From assembly GCA_019120275.1 (NCBI GenBank), contig DWVL01000085.1:16382-80381 (forward strand): DNA of 64,000 bases. Direction: 5' to 3'. This document shows positions 10,591 through 20,027 of this stretch, one piece after another (position 1 is the first letter of the stretch; every line of letters starts with the position of its first letter). Source of the DNA: Candidatus Mediterraneibacter excrementavium (GTDB taxonomy: Bacteria > Bacillota > Clostridia > Lachnospirales > Lachnospiraceae). Both the position numbers and the translations under genes were made by a program. Below the pieces are notes generated by a model, which was given only the letters and a program-made list of their open reading frames with translations, did not search any database and was not told the origin of the DNA.

Positions 10591-12154
10591 ACAGCGGATG
10601 CGGGCGGTTCGGACGGGACTTGAGCTCCGGGTGCGCCTGGGTAGCGATGAACCAGGCGTGTTCCGGGATTTCGACCATTTCCACGATGCGGTTGTCCGGG
10701 GAGAGACCGCACAGGGACATGCCATGGTTTTCCAGATCTTCCCGGTAATCATTATTCACTTCATAGCGGTGGCGGTGACGTTCACTGATCTTTGTCGTAC
10801 CGTACAGTTTTTTAGCCAGAGAACCTTCCTTCAGGACGCAGGGGCAGGCGCCCAGGCGGAGTGTTCCGCCGATGTCCTCCACGCCGATCTGGTCTTCCAT
10901 AATGTGGATGACCGGGTGGGTCGTGTCTGTCCGGAATTCCATACTGTGGGCGTCATGCCAGCCGATCACATCCCGGGCGAATTCCACGATGGAGAGCTGC
11001 ATGCCCAGGCACAGGCCGAGGAACGGGATGTCATGGGTGCGGGCGTACCGGATGGCAGTGATCATGCCTTCGATCCCCCGGCTGCCGAATCCGCCGGGGA
11101 CAAGGATGCCGCTGACATCTGAGAAGAGTTCCTCCGCATTGTCTTCGGTTACGGTTTCCGAGTCGATCCATCGGATGTTGACGGTGGTGTGAGAATAGAT
11201 CCCGCCGTGTTTCAGCGCTTCCACGACACTGATATAGGCATCGTGGAGCTGGACGTATTTTCCCACAAGGGCTACCGTGACTTCCTGGGTCGGATGGCGC
11301 AGATTATCCACCATTTCCGTCCAGTCTTTCAGGTCCGGTTCCGGACAGTCCAGATGAAGGCATTCGCAGACAACCTGTGCAAGATGTTCTTTTTCCATGG
11401 CCAGAGGCGCTTCGTACAGATAATCCACGTCCAGGTTCTGAAGGACATGGCTGGCCGGAAGGTTGCAGAACAGGGAAATCTTGTCTTTCATTTCCGGCGT
11501 CAGCGGATATTCAGAACGGCAGACGATGATATCCGGCTGGATCCCCATTCCCTGAAGTTCCTTGACGCTGGCCTGGGTCGGTTTTGTCTTCATTTCCTGG
11601 GATGCTTTCAGGTACGGGATCAGAGTCACATGGATGAGGATTACGTTTTCAGATCCTTTTTCATGCTGAAACTGACGGATGGATTCGAGAAACGGCTGGC
11701 TCTCGATATCGCCTGCGGTGCCGCCCACTTCGATGATGGCGATCTCTGTGTCCTCAGCTGCGGGATTGCGGTAGAAGCGGCTTTTGATCTCGTTGGTAAT
11801 GTGCGGGATGACCTGGACAGTGCCGCCGCCGAAATCGCCCCGGCGTTCTTTCTGAAGGACGGACCAGTAGATCTTGCCGGTGGTGACATTGGAATTCTTC
11901 GTCAGGCTCTCATCGATAAAGCGCTCATAATGTCCCAGATCCAGGTCGGTCTCGGCGCCGTCATCGGTGACAAAGACTTCGCCGTGCTGGACCGGGTTCA
12001 TCGTGCCGGGATCAATGTTGATATAAGGATCGAATTTCTGCATAGTGACCGTGTATCCCCTGGCTTTCAGAAGACGCCCGAGGGAAGCGGCCGTGATGCC
12101 CTTCCCCAGGCCGGATACAACGCCGCCTGTAACGAATACATATTTTACTGCCAT
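10535..12154 (-). CDS. pyrG: CTP synthase
   Basis: [45 protein letters not shown]; start at ATG 12154 after GGAGG. Confidence 0.99.
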   Translation of the reverse strand: MAVKYVFVTGGVVSGLGKGITAASLGRLLKARGYTVTMQKFDPYINIDPGTMNPVQHGEVFVTDDGAETDLDLGHYERFIDESLTKNSNVTTGKIYWSVLQKERRGDFGGGTVQVIPHITNEIKSRFYRNPAAEDTEIAIIEVGGTAGDIESQPFLESIRQFQHEKGSENVILIHVTLIPYLKASQEMKTKPTQASVKELQGMGIQPDIIVCRSEYPLTPEMKDKISLFCNLPASHVLQNLDVDYLYEAPLAMEKEHLAQVVCECLHLDCPEPDLKDWTEMVDNLRHPTQEVTVALVGKYVQLHDAYISVVEALKHGGIYSHTTVNIRWIDSETVTEDNAEELFSDVSGILVPGGFGSRGIEGMITAIRYARTHDIPFLGLCLGMQLSIVEFARDVIGWHDAHSMEFRTDTTHPVIHIMEDQIGVEDIGGTLRLGACPCVLKEGSLAKKLYGTTKISERHRHRYEVNNDYREDLENHGMSLCGLSPDNRIVEMVEIPEHAWFIATQAHPELKSRPNRPHPLFRGFVEAALRRQEQTLPC

Positions 12155-12185
12155 GATCATGCCCTCCTGATAAAAAAAGTTCCGT

Positions 12186-12306
12186 AAAAAAGAGTACAGC
12201 CTGCCCATAGATCCGGGACCGCGCCTTTGCGGTCTTTCATCCGGATCCTATAGTCAGACTGTAAAAAATATGTTCCAAGTATACACCCGCATGGGGAGAA
12301 ATACAA
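12186..12306 (-). promoter_or_regulatory. pyrG sigmaA promoter and structured 5' leader (probable attenuator)
   Basis: TTGTAT-17 bp-TATACT on the minus strand; about 70-nt hairpin 12195-12263 followed by CTCTTTTTT. Confidence 0.6.
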
Positions 12307-12353
12307 GAAATTTCTGAAATTTATATATGCTTTAAATATACCGCGCCATATTC

Positions 12354-13829
12354 CTATGAAAGGATCATGTGCTCATAAACGGCTTCGCTCGTGAGCTGGA
12401 CGCCGAGTTTCTTGAAGATCTTAATGTCCACATCGGAAAGCATGACCGATGTATGCGCCTGGCATCCGTCAAGCTTCGGAAGCTGTGACAGCGCCAGCCG
12501 TGCCTGCGGATTGTCCGCGGCGCTGGCGGAGAGGGCGATCAGGACCTCATCGGTGTGAAGTCTGGGATTCCTGCTCTTGAGGTAGTCGACTTTCAGTTTC
12601 TGGATCGGCTCGATGGACTGCGGAGATATGATGTGCAGTTCATGGTCGATGCCGGCCAGTTCCTTTAATACATTCAGAAGGAGCGCGGCGGAAGCGCCGA
12701 GCAGATTGCTGGTCTTGCCGGTGATGATCCTGCCGTCGTCCAGTTCCATGGCCGCAGCCGGACTGCCGGTTTCTTTCGCACGTTCGAGGGCGGCTACCGC
12801 AACTTTGCGGTCTGCAACCGTGATGCCGGCCATATTCATGAGCAGCTCGATCTTCTGTGCCTCTTTGTCGGAGGAATCTCCCTTGGCCAGGGCGTTGAGG
12901 GCCTGGTAATATCTGCGGATGATCTCCTGCCTGGACGCCTCACGGCATACTTCGTCGTCGCAGATGCAGTTGCCGGCCATGTTGACGCCCATATCCGTAG
13001 GTGATTTATACGGGCTTTCTCCGTAGATCTTCTCAAATATCGTATTGAGCACCGGGAAGATCTCCACATCGCGGTTGTAGTTGACTGTTGTCTCGCCATA
13101 AGCTTCCAGATGGAATGGATCGATCATGTTGACATCATTTAAGTCAGCTGTGGCCGCCTCATAAGCCAGGTTGACCGGATGCTTGAGGGGCAGGTTCCAG
13201 ATCGGGAAGGTCTCGAACTTTGCATATCCTGCATGGATGCCCCGCTTGTGCTCGTGGTAGAGCTGGGAGAGGCATGTGGCCATTTTACCGCTTCCCGGTC
13301 CCGGAGCGGTCACGATCACCAGCGGCCTTGTCGTCCGGATATAATCATTTTTCCCGTAACCCTCATCGCTGATGATAAGCGGCACATTGGACGGATATCC
13401 CGGGATCAGGTAGTGAAGATATACTGGAATATGAAGCGTCTCCAGCCTGTGTTTGAAGAGCATGGCGCTTTCCTGTCCGGAGAACTGGGTGATGGTCACG
13501 CTTCCCACATAGAGTCCCTGGTCGCGGTAAGTCTGGATCAGGCGAAGGACGTCTGTGTCATATGTGATCCCCAGGTCGCCGCGGATCTTGTTCTTCTCGA
13601 TATCCTTGGCGCTGATGACGATCACGATCTCCGCCTGGTCGCTCAGTTCTTTTAACATCCTAAGCTTGCTGTCCGGGGCAAATCCCGGGAGCACGCGGGA
13701 TGCGTGATAGTCGTCGAAGAGCTTGCCCCCGAATTCCAGATACAGCTTGTTGTCGAACTTGCCGATCCGGTCCCGGATATGCTCAGACTGCATTTTCAAG
13801 TATTTTTCGTTGTCAAAACCAATTTTCAT
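12354..13829 (-). CDS. DUF1846/UPF0371-like protein with P-loop-like motif
   Basis: MKIGFDNEKYL..Q, LYLEFGGKLFDDYHASRVLPGF, TAPGPGSGKMAT, YAKFETFP; family name recalled, not searched. Confidence 0.85.
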   Translation of the reverse strand: MKIGFDNEKYLKMQSEHIRDRIGKFDNKLYLEFGGKLFDDYHASRVLPGFAPDSKLRMLKELSDQAEIVIVISAKDIEKNKIRGDLGITYDTDVLRLIQTYRDQGLYVGSVTITQFSGQESAMLFKHRLETLHIPVYLHYLIPGYPSNVPLIISDEGYGKNDYIRTTRPLVIVTAPGPGSGKMATCLSQLYHEHKRGIHAGYAKFETFPIWNLPLKHPVNLAYEAATADLNDVNMIDPFHLEAYGETTVNYNRDVEIFPVLNTIFEKIYGESPYKSPTDMGVNMAGNCICDDEVCREASRQEIIRRYYQALNALAKGDSSDKEAQKIELLMNMAGITVADRKVAVAALERAKETGSPAAAMELDDGRIITGKTSNLLGASAALLLNVLKELAGIDHELHIISPQSIEPIQKLKVDYLKSRNPRLHTDEVLIALSASAADNPQARLALSQLPKLDGCQAHTSVMLSDVDIKIFKKLGVQLTSEAVYEHMILS

Positions 13830-14018
13830 GTGCATTCCCCACTTGTAATTTTTTATAATGATCCGGCAGGCTGTCGTCTGTAACATCTGCCAAAAGGACA
13901 TATTTCGTTACCAGTATACTATAAAATCTTGTTGTTTTACAATATTTTCATAATCTTTTTATTGATTTATGCAAAACCTGTCTTTATAATGAAAATAACT
14001 GATTTTAGGAGGAACATA

Positions 14019-16112
14019 ATGGACAATAATAATAGAAAAAATGACCCGAATCATAACCGGCAGGGCTGGGGAATCATCCTCATTACAACCCTGCTGGTCA
14101 CTTTTATGGTGATGGGTTTTTATTCTCTGATGCGCGGCTCCGGTCCGGAAGAGATCACATATGACCAGTTTCTGACCATGGTGGATGAAGGGGATGTGGA
14201 AAAGGTCAGCCTGAACAGCGACCGGATCTATATCACCCTTACTTCAGATGCGCGCCGTGAGATGCTGGAGAAGAGCGGCCTTTTGGGAAGCGCGGGAAGC
14301 ATTTTCGAGCAGCTTCAGGAACAGCTGCAGGCGCAGACAGGCAGTCAGAATGCGGACAGCCGGAATACAGGCAGCCAGAATGCGGATGATGCGGCCGGAG
14401 ACGGATCGGGCGGCAGGGAAAATGTCCGGCAGGTGGAGCACGATCCCGACTACTATACCGGGTATGTGAATGACTATAATCTCGTACAGACATTAAAGGA
14501 CGCCGGAGTGGAATTCGCCAGCCAGCCGGCGGACACGCTGGGACAGATGCTGCTGGAACTGTTCCTGACACTGATTCTGCCCATCGGTCTGATGGCGGCC
14601 ATGCTGGTCTATCTGATGCGGCGGATGTCCAAGGGCGGCGGCATGATGGGGATCGGCAAGAGCAATGCCAAGATGTATATGGAGAAAGAGACGGGCGTTA
14701 CATTCCAGGATGTTGCCGGGGAGGACGAGGCCAAAGAATCTCTTCAGGAAGTGGTGGATTTCCTCCATAATCCGGGCAAATACAGCGGGATCGGTGCGAA
14801 ACTCCCGAAAGGCGCACTCCTTGTGGGACCTCCGGGAACCGGAAAGACGCTTCTTGCAAAAGCAGTGGCAGGCGAGGCGAAAGTACCGTTCTTCTCGCTG
14901 TCGGGATCCGCGTTTGTGGAAATGTATGTGGGCGTCGGCGCTTCCCGTGTGCGCGACCTGTTCAAGCAGGCCCAGCAGCAGGCACCCTGCATCGTATTTA
15001 TCGATGAGATCGATGCCATCGGAAAGACCCGTGACACGGCCCTCGGCGGCAATGATGAGCGGGAACAGACGCTGAACCAGCTGCTGGCGGAGATGGATGG
15101 ATTTGATACGAATAAGGGACTCCTGATCCTGGCTGCAACGAACCGGCCGGAAATCCTGGATCCGGCGCTCCTGCGTCCGGGCCGTTTTGACCGGCGGATC
15201 ATCGTGGATAAACCGGACCTGAGGGGCCGCGTGGATATCCTGAAGGTTCATGCGAAAGATGTGCGAATGGATGAGAGCGTGGATCTGGAGGCGATCGCTC
15301 TGGCAACGTCCGGCGCGGTCGGATCGGATCTGGCCAATATGATCAATGAGGCGGCCATCAATGCCGTGAAGCATGGCAGACAGGTGGTCAGCCAGAAGGA
15401 TCTTTTTGAAGCGGTGGAAGTCGTTCTTGTCGGCAAGGAAAAGAAAGACCGCATTATGAGCAAAGAAGAGCGCAGGATCGTCTCCTATCACGAGGTGGGA
15501 CACGCCCTTGTCACAGCGCTCCAGAAGAACACAGAACCGGTGCAGAAGATCACTATCGTGCCCAGGACCATGGGCGCCCTCGGGTATGTGATGCAGACGC
15601 CTGAGGAAGAGAAGTTCCTGAATACGAAGAAAGAGCTGGAGGCCATGATCGTGGTGGCGCTCGGCGGACGCGCTGCGGAGGAACTTGTATTTGATACGGT
15701 GACTACGGGTGCTGCAAATGATATCGAGCAGGCGACCAAGATTGCCCGTGCCATGATCACCCAGTACGGTATGTCCGATCGTTTCGGACTGATGGGACTG
15801 GAATCTATCCAGAACCGTTATCTGGACGGACGGGCGGTATTAAACTGCGGTGATGCGACAGCCGGCGAGATCGATGAGGAAGTCATGAAGATGCTGAAAG
15901 CGGCTTACGCCGAGGCGAAGCGTCTGCTGGCGGAGAACAGGGAAGCGCTTGATAAGATCGCAGATTTCCTGATCGAGAAAGAGACCATTACCGGAAAAGA
16001 ATTTATGAAGATCTTCCGCGAGGTGAAGGGTCTGCCTGAACCGGAGGAGTCTGACGGGGAGGGACAGCCGGAGGAGGTCGGACGGATTGCCATGAAACCG
16101 GTGGAGAATTAG
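14019..16112 (+). CDS. ftsH: ATP-dependent zinc metalloprotease FtsH
   Basis: 2 TM segments, [30 protein letters not shown] zinc motif. Confidence 0.96.
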   Translation: MDNNNRKNDPNHNRQGWGIILITTLLVTFMVMGFYSLMRGSGPEEITYDQFLTMVDEGDVEKVSLNSDRIYITLTSDARREMLEKSGLLGSAGSIFEQLQEQLQAQTGSQNADSRNTGSQNADDAAGDGSGGRENVRQVEHDPDYYTGYVNDYNLVQTLKDAGVEFASQPADTLGQMLLELFLTLILPIGLMAAMLVYLMRRMSKGGGMMGIGKSNAKMYMEKETGVTFQDVAGEDEAKESLQEVVDFLHNPGKYSGIGAKLPKGALLVGPPGTGKTLLAKAVAGEAKVPFFSLSGSAFVEMYVGVGASRVRDLFKQAQQQAPCIVFIDEIDAIGKTRDTALGGNDEREQTLNQLLAEMDGFDTNKGLLILAATNRPEILDPALLRPGRFDRRIIVDKPDLRGRVDILKVHAKDVRMDESVDLEAIALATSGAVGSDLANMINEAAINAVKHGRQVVSQKDLFEAVEVVLVGKEKKDRIMSKEERRIVSYHEVGHALVTALQKNTEPVQKITIVPRTMGALGYVMQTPEEEKFLNTKKELEAMIVVALGGRAAEELVFDTVTTGAANDIEQATKIARAMITQYGMSDRFGLMGLESIQNRYLDGRAVLNCGDATAGEIDEEVMKMLKAAYAEAKRLLAENREALDKIADFLIEKETITGKEFMKIFREVKGLPEPEESDGEGQPEEVGRIAMKPVEN

Positions 16113-16114
16113 TC

Positions 16115-17953
16115 ATGTTTGATATCCAGGAAGAATTGAAGAAGCTTCCCGGCAGGCCGGGAGTCTATATCATGCACGATGAGAATGACCACATCATTTA
16201 TGTGGGCAAGGCCGTCAGTCTGAAAAACCGGGTGCGCCAGTATTTTCAGAGCAGCAGGAACAAGGGCGTCAAGATCGAACAGATGGTGACGCACATCCGC
16301 CGGTTTGAATACATTGTGACGGATTCGGAACTGGAGGCGCTGGTCCTCGAGTGCAATCTTATAAAAGAACATCATCCGAAGTACAATACGATGCTGATGG
16401 ATGACAAGACATATCCGTTTATAAAAGTGACGACCGGCGAGGCATTCCCGCGGGTCGTGCTTTCCAGGAAGATGCAGAAGGATAAGGCCCGGTATTTCGG
16501 GCCTTATACCAGTTCTCAGGCCGTTCGGGATACGATTGACCTGATCCATAAGCTCTATCATTTAAGAAGCTGCAGCCGGAGCCTGCCCAGGGACATCGGG
16601 AAAGAGCGGCCCTGTCTGAATTATCACATCAAACAGTGCGACGCCCCGTGCCAGGGATATATTTCACAGGAAGAATACGGAAAGTCCGTGAATGAAGTGC
16701 TGAAGTTCCTGAATGGAAATTATGACGCGGTGCTGAAGGATCTGGAGGAGAAGATGAATGCCGCATCTGAGGCGCTGGAATTTGAGCGGGCCATCGAGTA
16801 CCGGGAGCTCTTAAGCAGTGTGAAGAAGGTGGCGCAGAAGCAGAAGATCACCGACTCCAGCGGGGAGGACCGGGACGTGCTCGCCGTGGCTTCCCATGAG
16901 GGGGATGCGGTGGTCCAGGTGTTCTTTATCCGGGGCGGCCGGCTGATCGGAAGAGATCACTTCTACCTGCGGATCACGGACGGGGAGAGTCCGTCGGAGA
17001 TCCTGAACAGCTTCATCATGCAGTACTATGCCGGAACCCCGTTTATCCCCGGGGAGCTGATGCTCCAGGCGGAAGTGGAAGACCGGGAAGTGCTGGAAGA
17101 ATGGCTGGCCTCCAAGCGGGGACAGAAGGTGACCATCCGGGTGCCGAAAAAAGGCACAAAAGAGAAGCTTGTTGAACTGGCGCAGGAGAATGCCCGTCTA
17201 GTCCTGTTCCGGGACCGGGAGCGGATCAAACGGGAGGAAGGACGGACCATCGGAGCGGTGAAAGAGGTGGCCGCGCTCCTGGGCCTTAATGAGATCGTCC
17301 GCATGGAAGCCTATGACATTTCTAATACAAATGGATTCGAATCGGTGGGATCCATGGTTGTCTATGAACGCGGACGGCCCAAGCGGAATGATTACCGGAA
17401 GTTCCGGATCAAAGGGATCCGGGGAGCCGATGATTACGGCAGCATGCGGGAAGTGCTGACCCGGCGTTTCACCCACGGACTAAGGGAACGGGAAGAAAGT
17501 GAGGAACTCGGGAAATTCACGGTATTTCCGGATCTGATCATGATGGACGGCGGAAAAGGACAGGTCAATGTGGCGCTGGAAGTGCTGGACAGCCTGCATC
17601 TTGATATCCCGGTGTGCGGCATGGTGAAGGATGACCATCACCGGACCAGAGGTTTGTATTACAATAACGTGGAGATCCCCATCGACCGGTCGTCGGAGGC
17701 GTTCCGGCTGATCACCCGGATCCAGGATGAGGCCCACCGGTTTGCCATTGAGTATCACCGGCAGCTGAGGGGAAAAGGGCAGGTGCATTCCATCCTGGAT
17801 GATATTGAGGGGATCGGTCCGGCCCGCAGGAAGGCGCTGATGCGGACTTATTCCGGTCTGGATGAGATCAGGGAGGCGTCTGTGGAGGAACTTGCAAAAA
17901 TCCCGTCAATGAATGAAAAAGCGGCGGAAGCAGTGTACAAGTTCTTTCACTAG
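16115..17953 (+). CDS. uvrC: Excinuclease ABC subunit C
   Basis: GVY..YVGKA GIY-YIG domain, [25 protein letters not shown]-terminal HhH. Confidence 0.98.
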   Translation: MFDIQEELKKLPGRPGVYIMHDENDHIIYVGKAVSLKNRVRQYFQSSRNKGVKIEQMVTHIRRFEYIVTDSELEALVLECNLIKEHHPKYNTMLMDDKTYPFIKVTTGEAFPRVVLSRKMQKDKARYFGPYTSSQAVRDTIDLIHKLYHLRSCSRSLPRDIGKERPCLNYHIKQCDAPCQGYISQEEYGKSVNEVLKFLNGNYDAVLKDLEEKMNAASEALEFERAIEYRELLSSVKKVAQKQKITDSSGEDRDVLAVASHEGDAVVQVFFIRGGRLIGRDHFYLRITDGESPSEILNSFIMQYYAGTPFIPGELMLQAEVEDREVLEEWLASKRGQKVTIRVPKKGTKEKLVELAQENARLVLFRDRERIKREEGRTIGAVKEVAALLGLNEIVRMEAYDISNTNGFESVGSMVVYERGRPKRNDYRKFRIKGIRGADDYGSMREVLTRRFTHGLREREESEELGKFTVFPDLIMMDGGKGQVNVALEVLDSLHLDIPVCGMVKDDHHRTRGLYYNNVEIPIDRSSEAFRLITRIQDEAHRFAIEYHRQLRGKGQVHSILDDIEGIGPARRKALMRTYSGLDEIREASVEELAKIPSMNEKAAEAVYKFFH

Positions 17954-17994
17954 TGATATGATTAGGAGAGAATGAGAAAGCGAGGAAAATATCT

Positions 17995-18930
17995 ATGGCA
18001 CAACATGGAATAAAGTTGAGTGAACTTGTAGAAAAGATGGATCTCAAAAGCCTGACTCCAGAGGTGGATATGGAAGAAAGGGAAGTGACGGTTCCGGATG
18101 TGAACAGACCGGCGCTGCAGCTGGCAGGCTTTTATGACCGTTTCGACTCCAACAGAGTCCAGATCATTGGAAGCGTTGAGGACCGGTATGTGCACACGCA
18201 TACGGCGGAACAGCGCCTCGAAATGTATGAGAAGCTTCTTCAGCATCCCCTTCCGTGCATCGTATTCTGCCGCGGGATCATGCCGGAAGAGCCTTTCCTT
18301 AAGAAGGCAGTGGAATACGGCGTGCCGATCTTTAATACAGTAAAACATACATCTGAATTTACAGCGGAGATCATACGCTGGATGAATGTCCGGCTGGCTC
18401 CGTGCATCTCCATCCACGGCGTTCTTGTCGACGTTTACGGCGTCGGCGTGCTGATCATGGGAGAGAGCGGAATCGGAAAGAGCGAGGCTGCCCTGGAACT
18501 GATCAAGAGAGGACATCGTCTTGTGACGGATGACGTGGTAGAGATCCGTAAAGTCAGTGATGAGACGCTGGTCGGAAGTGCGCCGAATATCACAAAGCAC
18601 TTCATCGAACTCCGCGGCATCGGCATCGTGGATGTCAGATCTATGTTCGGTGTGCAGAGCGTCAGGGAGACCCAGAATATTGATCTGGTCATTACGCTTG
18701 AAGACTGGAGCAGGGATAAAGAGTACGACCGTCTGGGACTGGAGGAGCAGTATACGGAATTTCTCGGAAATAAGGTCGTATGCTACCGCATCCCGATCCG
18801 TCCGGGACGGAATCTGGCTATTATCGTAGAGTCGGCGGCAGTCAACCACAGACAGAAACAGATGGGGTACAATGCCGCGCAGGAGCTTTATAAGCGGGTT
18901 CAGGAGAATATCGCGAAAAACCGGAAATAA
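17995..18930 (+). CDS. hprK: HPr kinase/phosphorylase
   Basis: HGVLVDVYG, GESGIGKSE, LVTDD, ELRGIGI, PGRNLA. Confidence 0.98.
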   Translation: MAQHGIKLSELVEKMDLKSLTPEVDMEEREVTVPDVNRPALQLAGFYDRFDSNRVQIIGSVEDRYVHTHTAEQRLEMYEKLLQHPLPCIVFCRGIMPEEPFLKKAVEYGVPIFNTVKHTSEFTAEIIRWMNVRLAPCISIHGVLVDVYGVGVLIMGESGIGKSEAALELIKRGHRLVTDDVVEIRKVSDETLVGSAPNITKHFIELRGIGIVDVRSMFGVQSVRETQNIDLVITLEDWSRDKEYDRLGLEEQYTEFLGNKVVCYRIPIRPGRNLAIIVESAAVNHRQKQMGYNAAQELYKRVQENIAKNRK

Positions 18931-18976
18931 ATGGATCAGTCACAGTTGAAATATAAGGATAAAGGAGAGCAGGAGT

Positions 18977-19915
18977 ATGAAATATTGTTTAGGTGTGGAT
19001 ATCGGCGGAACGACAGTTAAGATGGGGTTATTCGAGGAGAACGGTACGATCCTGGATAAATGGGAGATTGCAACGGATACTTCCGAAGAGGGAAAGGCAA
19101 TCCTGCCCAATATCGCCTCATCGATCGATGCGAAGATCGGTGAACACAGCCTGGATAAGCGGGATATCCTCGGGATCGGCGTCGGCGTTCCGGCTCCGGT
19201 CAATGCGGATGGCGTAGTCAACGGAAGCGCTAATCTCGGATGGAAATATAAAGAAGTGAAAAAAGAACTGGAGGAACTGACCGGACTGACCAGTTATATC
19301 GGAAATGATGCGAATGTGGCCGCACTTGGAGAAATGTGGAAGGGCGGCGGCGAAGGCGAGAAGAATATGATCATGGTCACGCTCGGTACAGGCGTCGGCG
19401 GCGGAGTGATCATTGATGGAAAGATGCTTGTGGGCGCGAACGGAGCAGGCGGAGAGATCGGCCACCTCTGTGTCAACTACAGTGAAACGGATACCTGCGG
19501 CTGCGGAAATAAAGGGTGCCTGGAACAGTATGCATCCGCCACAGGTATCGTCCGTCTGGCCAGACAGAAGCTGGGACAGGAGATGCGTTCCACTGTACTC
19601 AATAAAGAAGATGTAACGGCGAAGGATGTGTTCGATGCAGTGAAGGCGGGAGATGAAGTGGCGCAGGAGATCGCCGTTGAATTCGGCAGATACCTGGGAT
19701 ACGGTCTTGCCAATCTTGCGGCAGTCGCCGATCCGGCCGTGTTTGTCATCGGCGGCGGTGTGTCCAAGGCGGGAGAAGTCCTGATCCCATATATCGAAAA
19801 GCCATATATGGAGCGTTCGTTCTTTGCCAATAAGAACGTAAGGTTTGTACTCGCACAGCTGGGAAATGACGCCGGGATCTGCGGGGCGGCAAAAATGGTT
19901 CTGGACGCGCAGTAG
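18977..19915 (+). CDS. glcK: ROK family glucokinase
   Basis: GVDIGGT, NDANVAALGE, TLGTGVGGG, GEIGH, CGCGNKGCLE. Confidence 0.9.
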   Translation: MKYCLGVDIGGTTVKMGLFEENGTILDKWEIATDTSEEGKAILPNIASSIDAKIGEHSLDKRDILGIGVGVPAPVNADGVVNGSANLGWKYKEVKKELEELTGLTSYIGNDANVAALGEMWKGGGEGEKNMIMVTLGTGVGGGVIIDGKMLVGANGAGGEIGHLCVNYSETDTCGCGNKGCLEQYASATGIVRLARQKLGQEMRSTVLNKEDVTAKDVFDAVKAGDEVAQEIAVEFGRYLGYGLANLAAVADPAVFVIGGGVSKAGEVLIPYIEKPYMERSFFANKNVRFVLAQLGNDAGICGAAKMVLDAQ

Positions 19916-19963
19916 AAACAGCCGGCGGAAGCAGCTGAAAAACAAAATAAATAAGAGGAATAA

Positions 19964-19998
19964 AGAACGAGCAGCGGGATCCATCCGCTGCTCGTTCT
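19964..19998. terminator. Bidirectional terminator between glcK and the PBP1A gene
   Basis: 14-bp stem AGAACGAGCAGCGG / CCGCTGCTCGTTCT with A-rich left and T-rich right flanks. Confidence 0.85.
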
Positions 19999-20027
19999 GT
20001 TGTTTATTCTGTTGTTTTCTTTCTTGC

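Noticed and set aside
12205-12250. Hammerhead ribozyme or SRP RNA in the pyrG leader
   Set aside because: Lacks the CUGAUGA/GAAA core arrangement and the SRP GGAA loop with CAGG/AGCAG
14337-14390. TGSQNAD duplication in the FtsH extracytoplasmic loop
   Set aside because: Short two-copy duplication in a low-complexity linker; no functional signal
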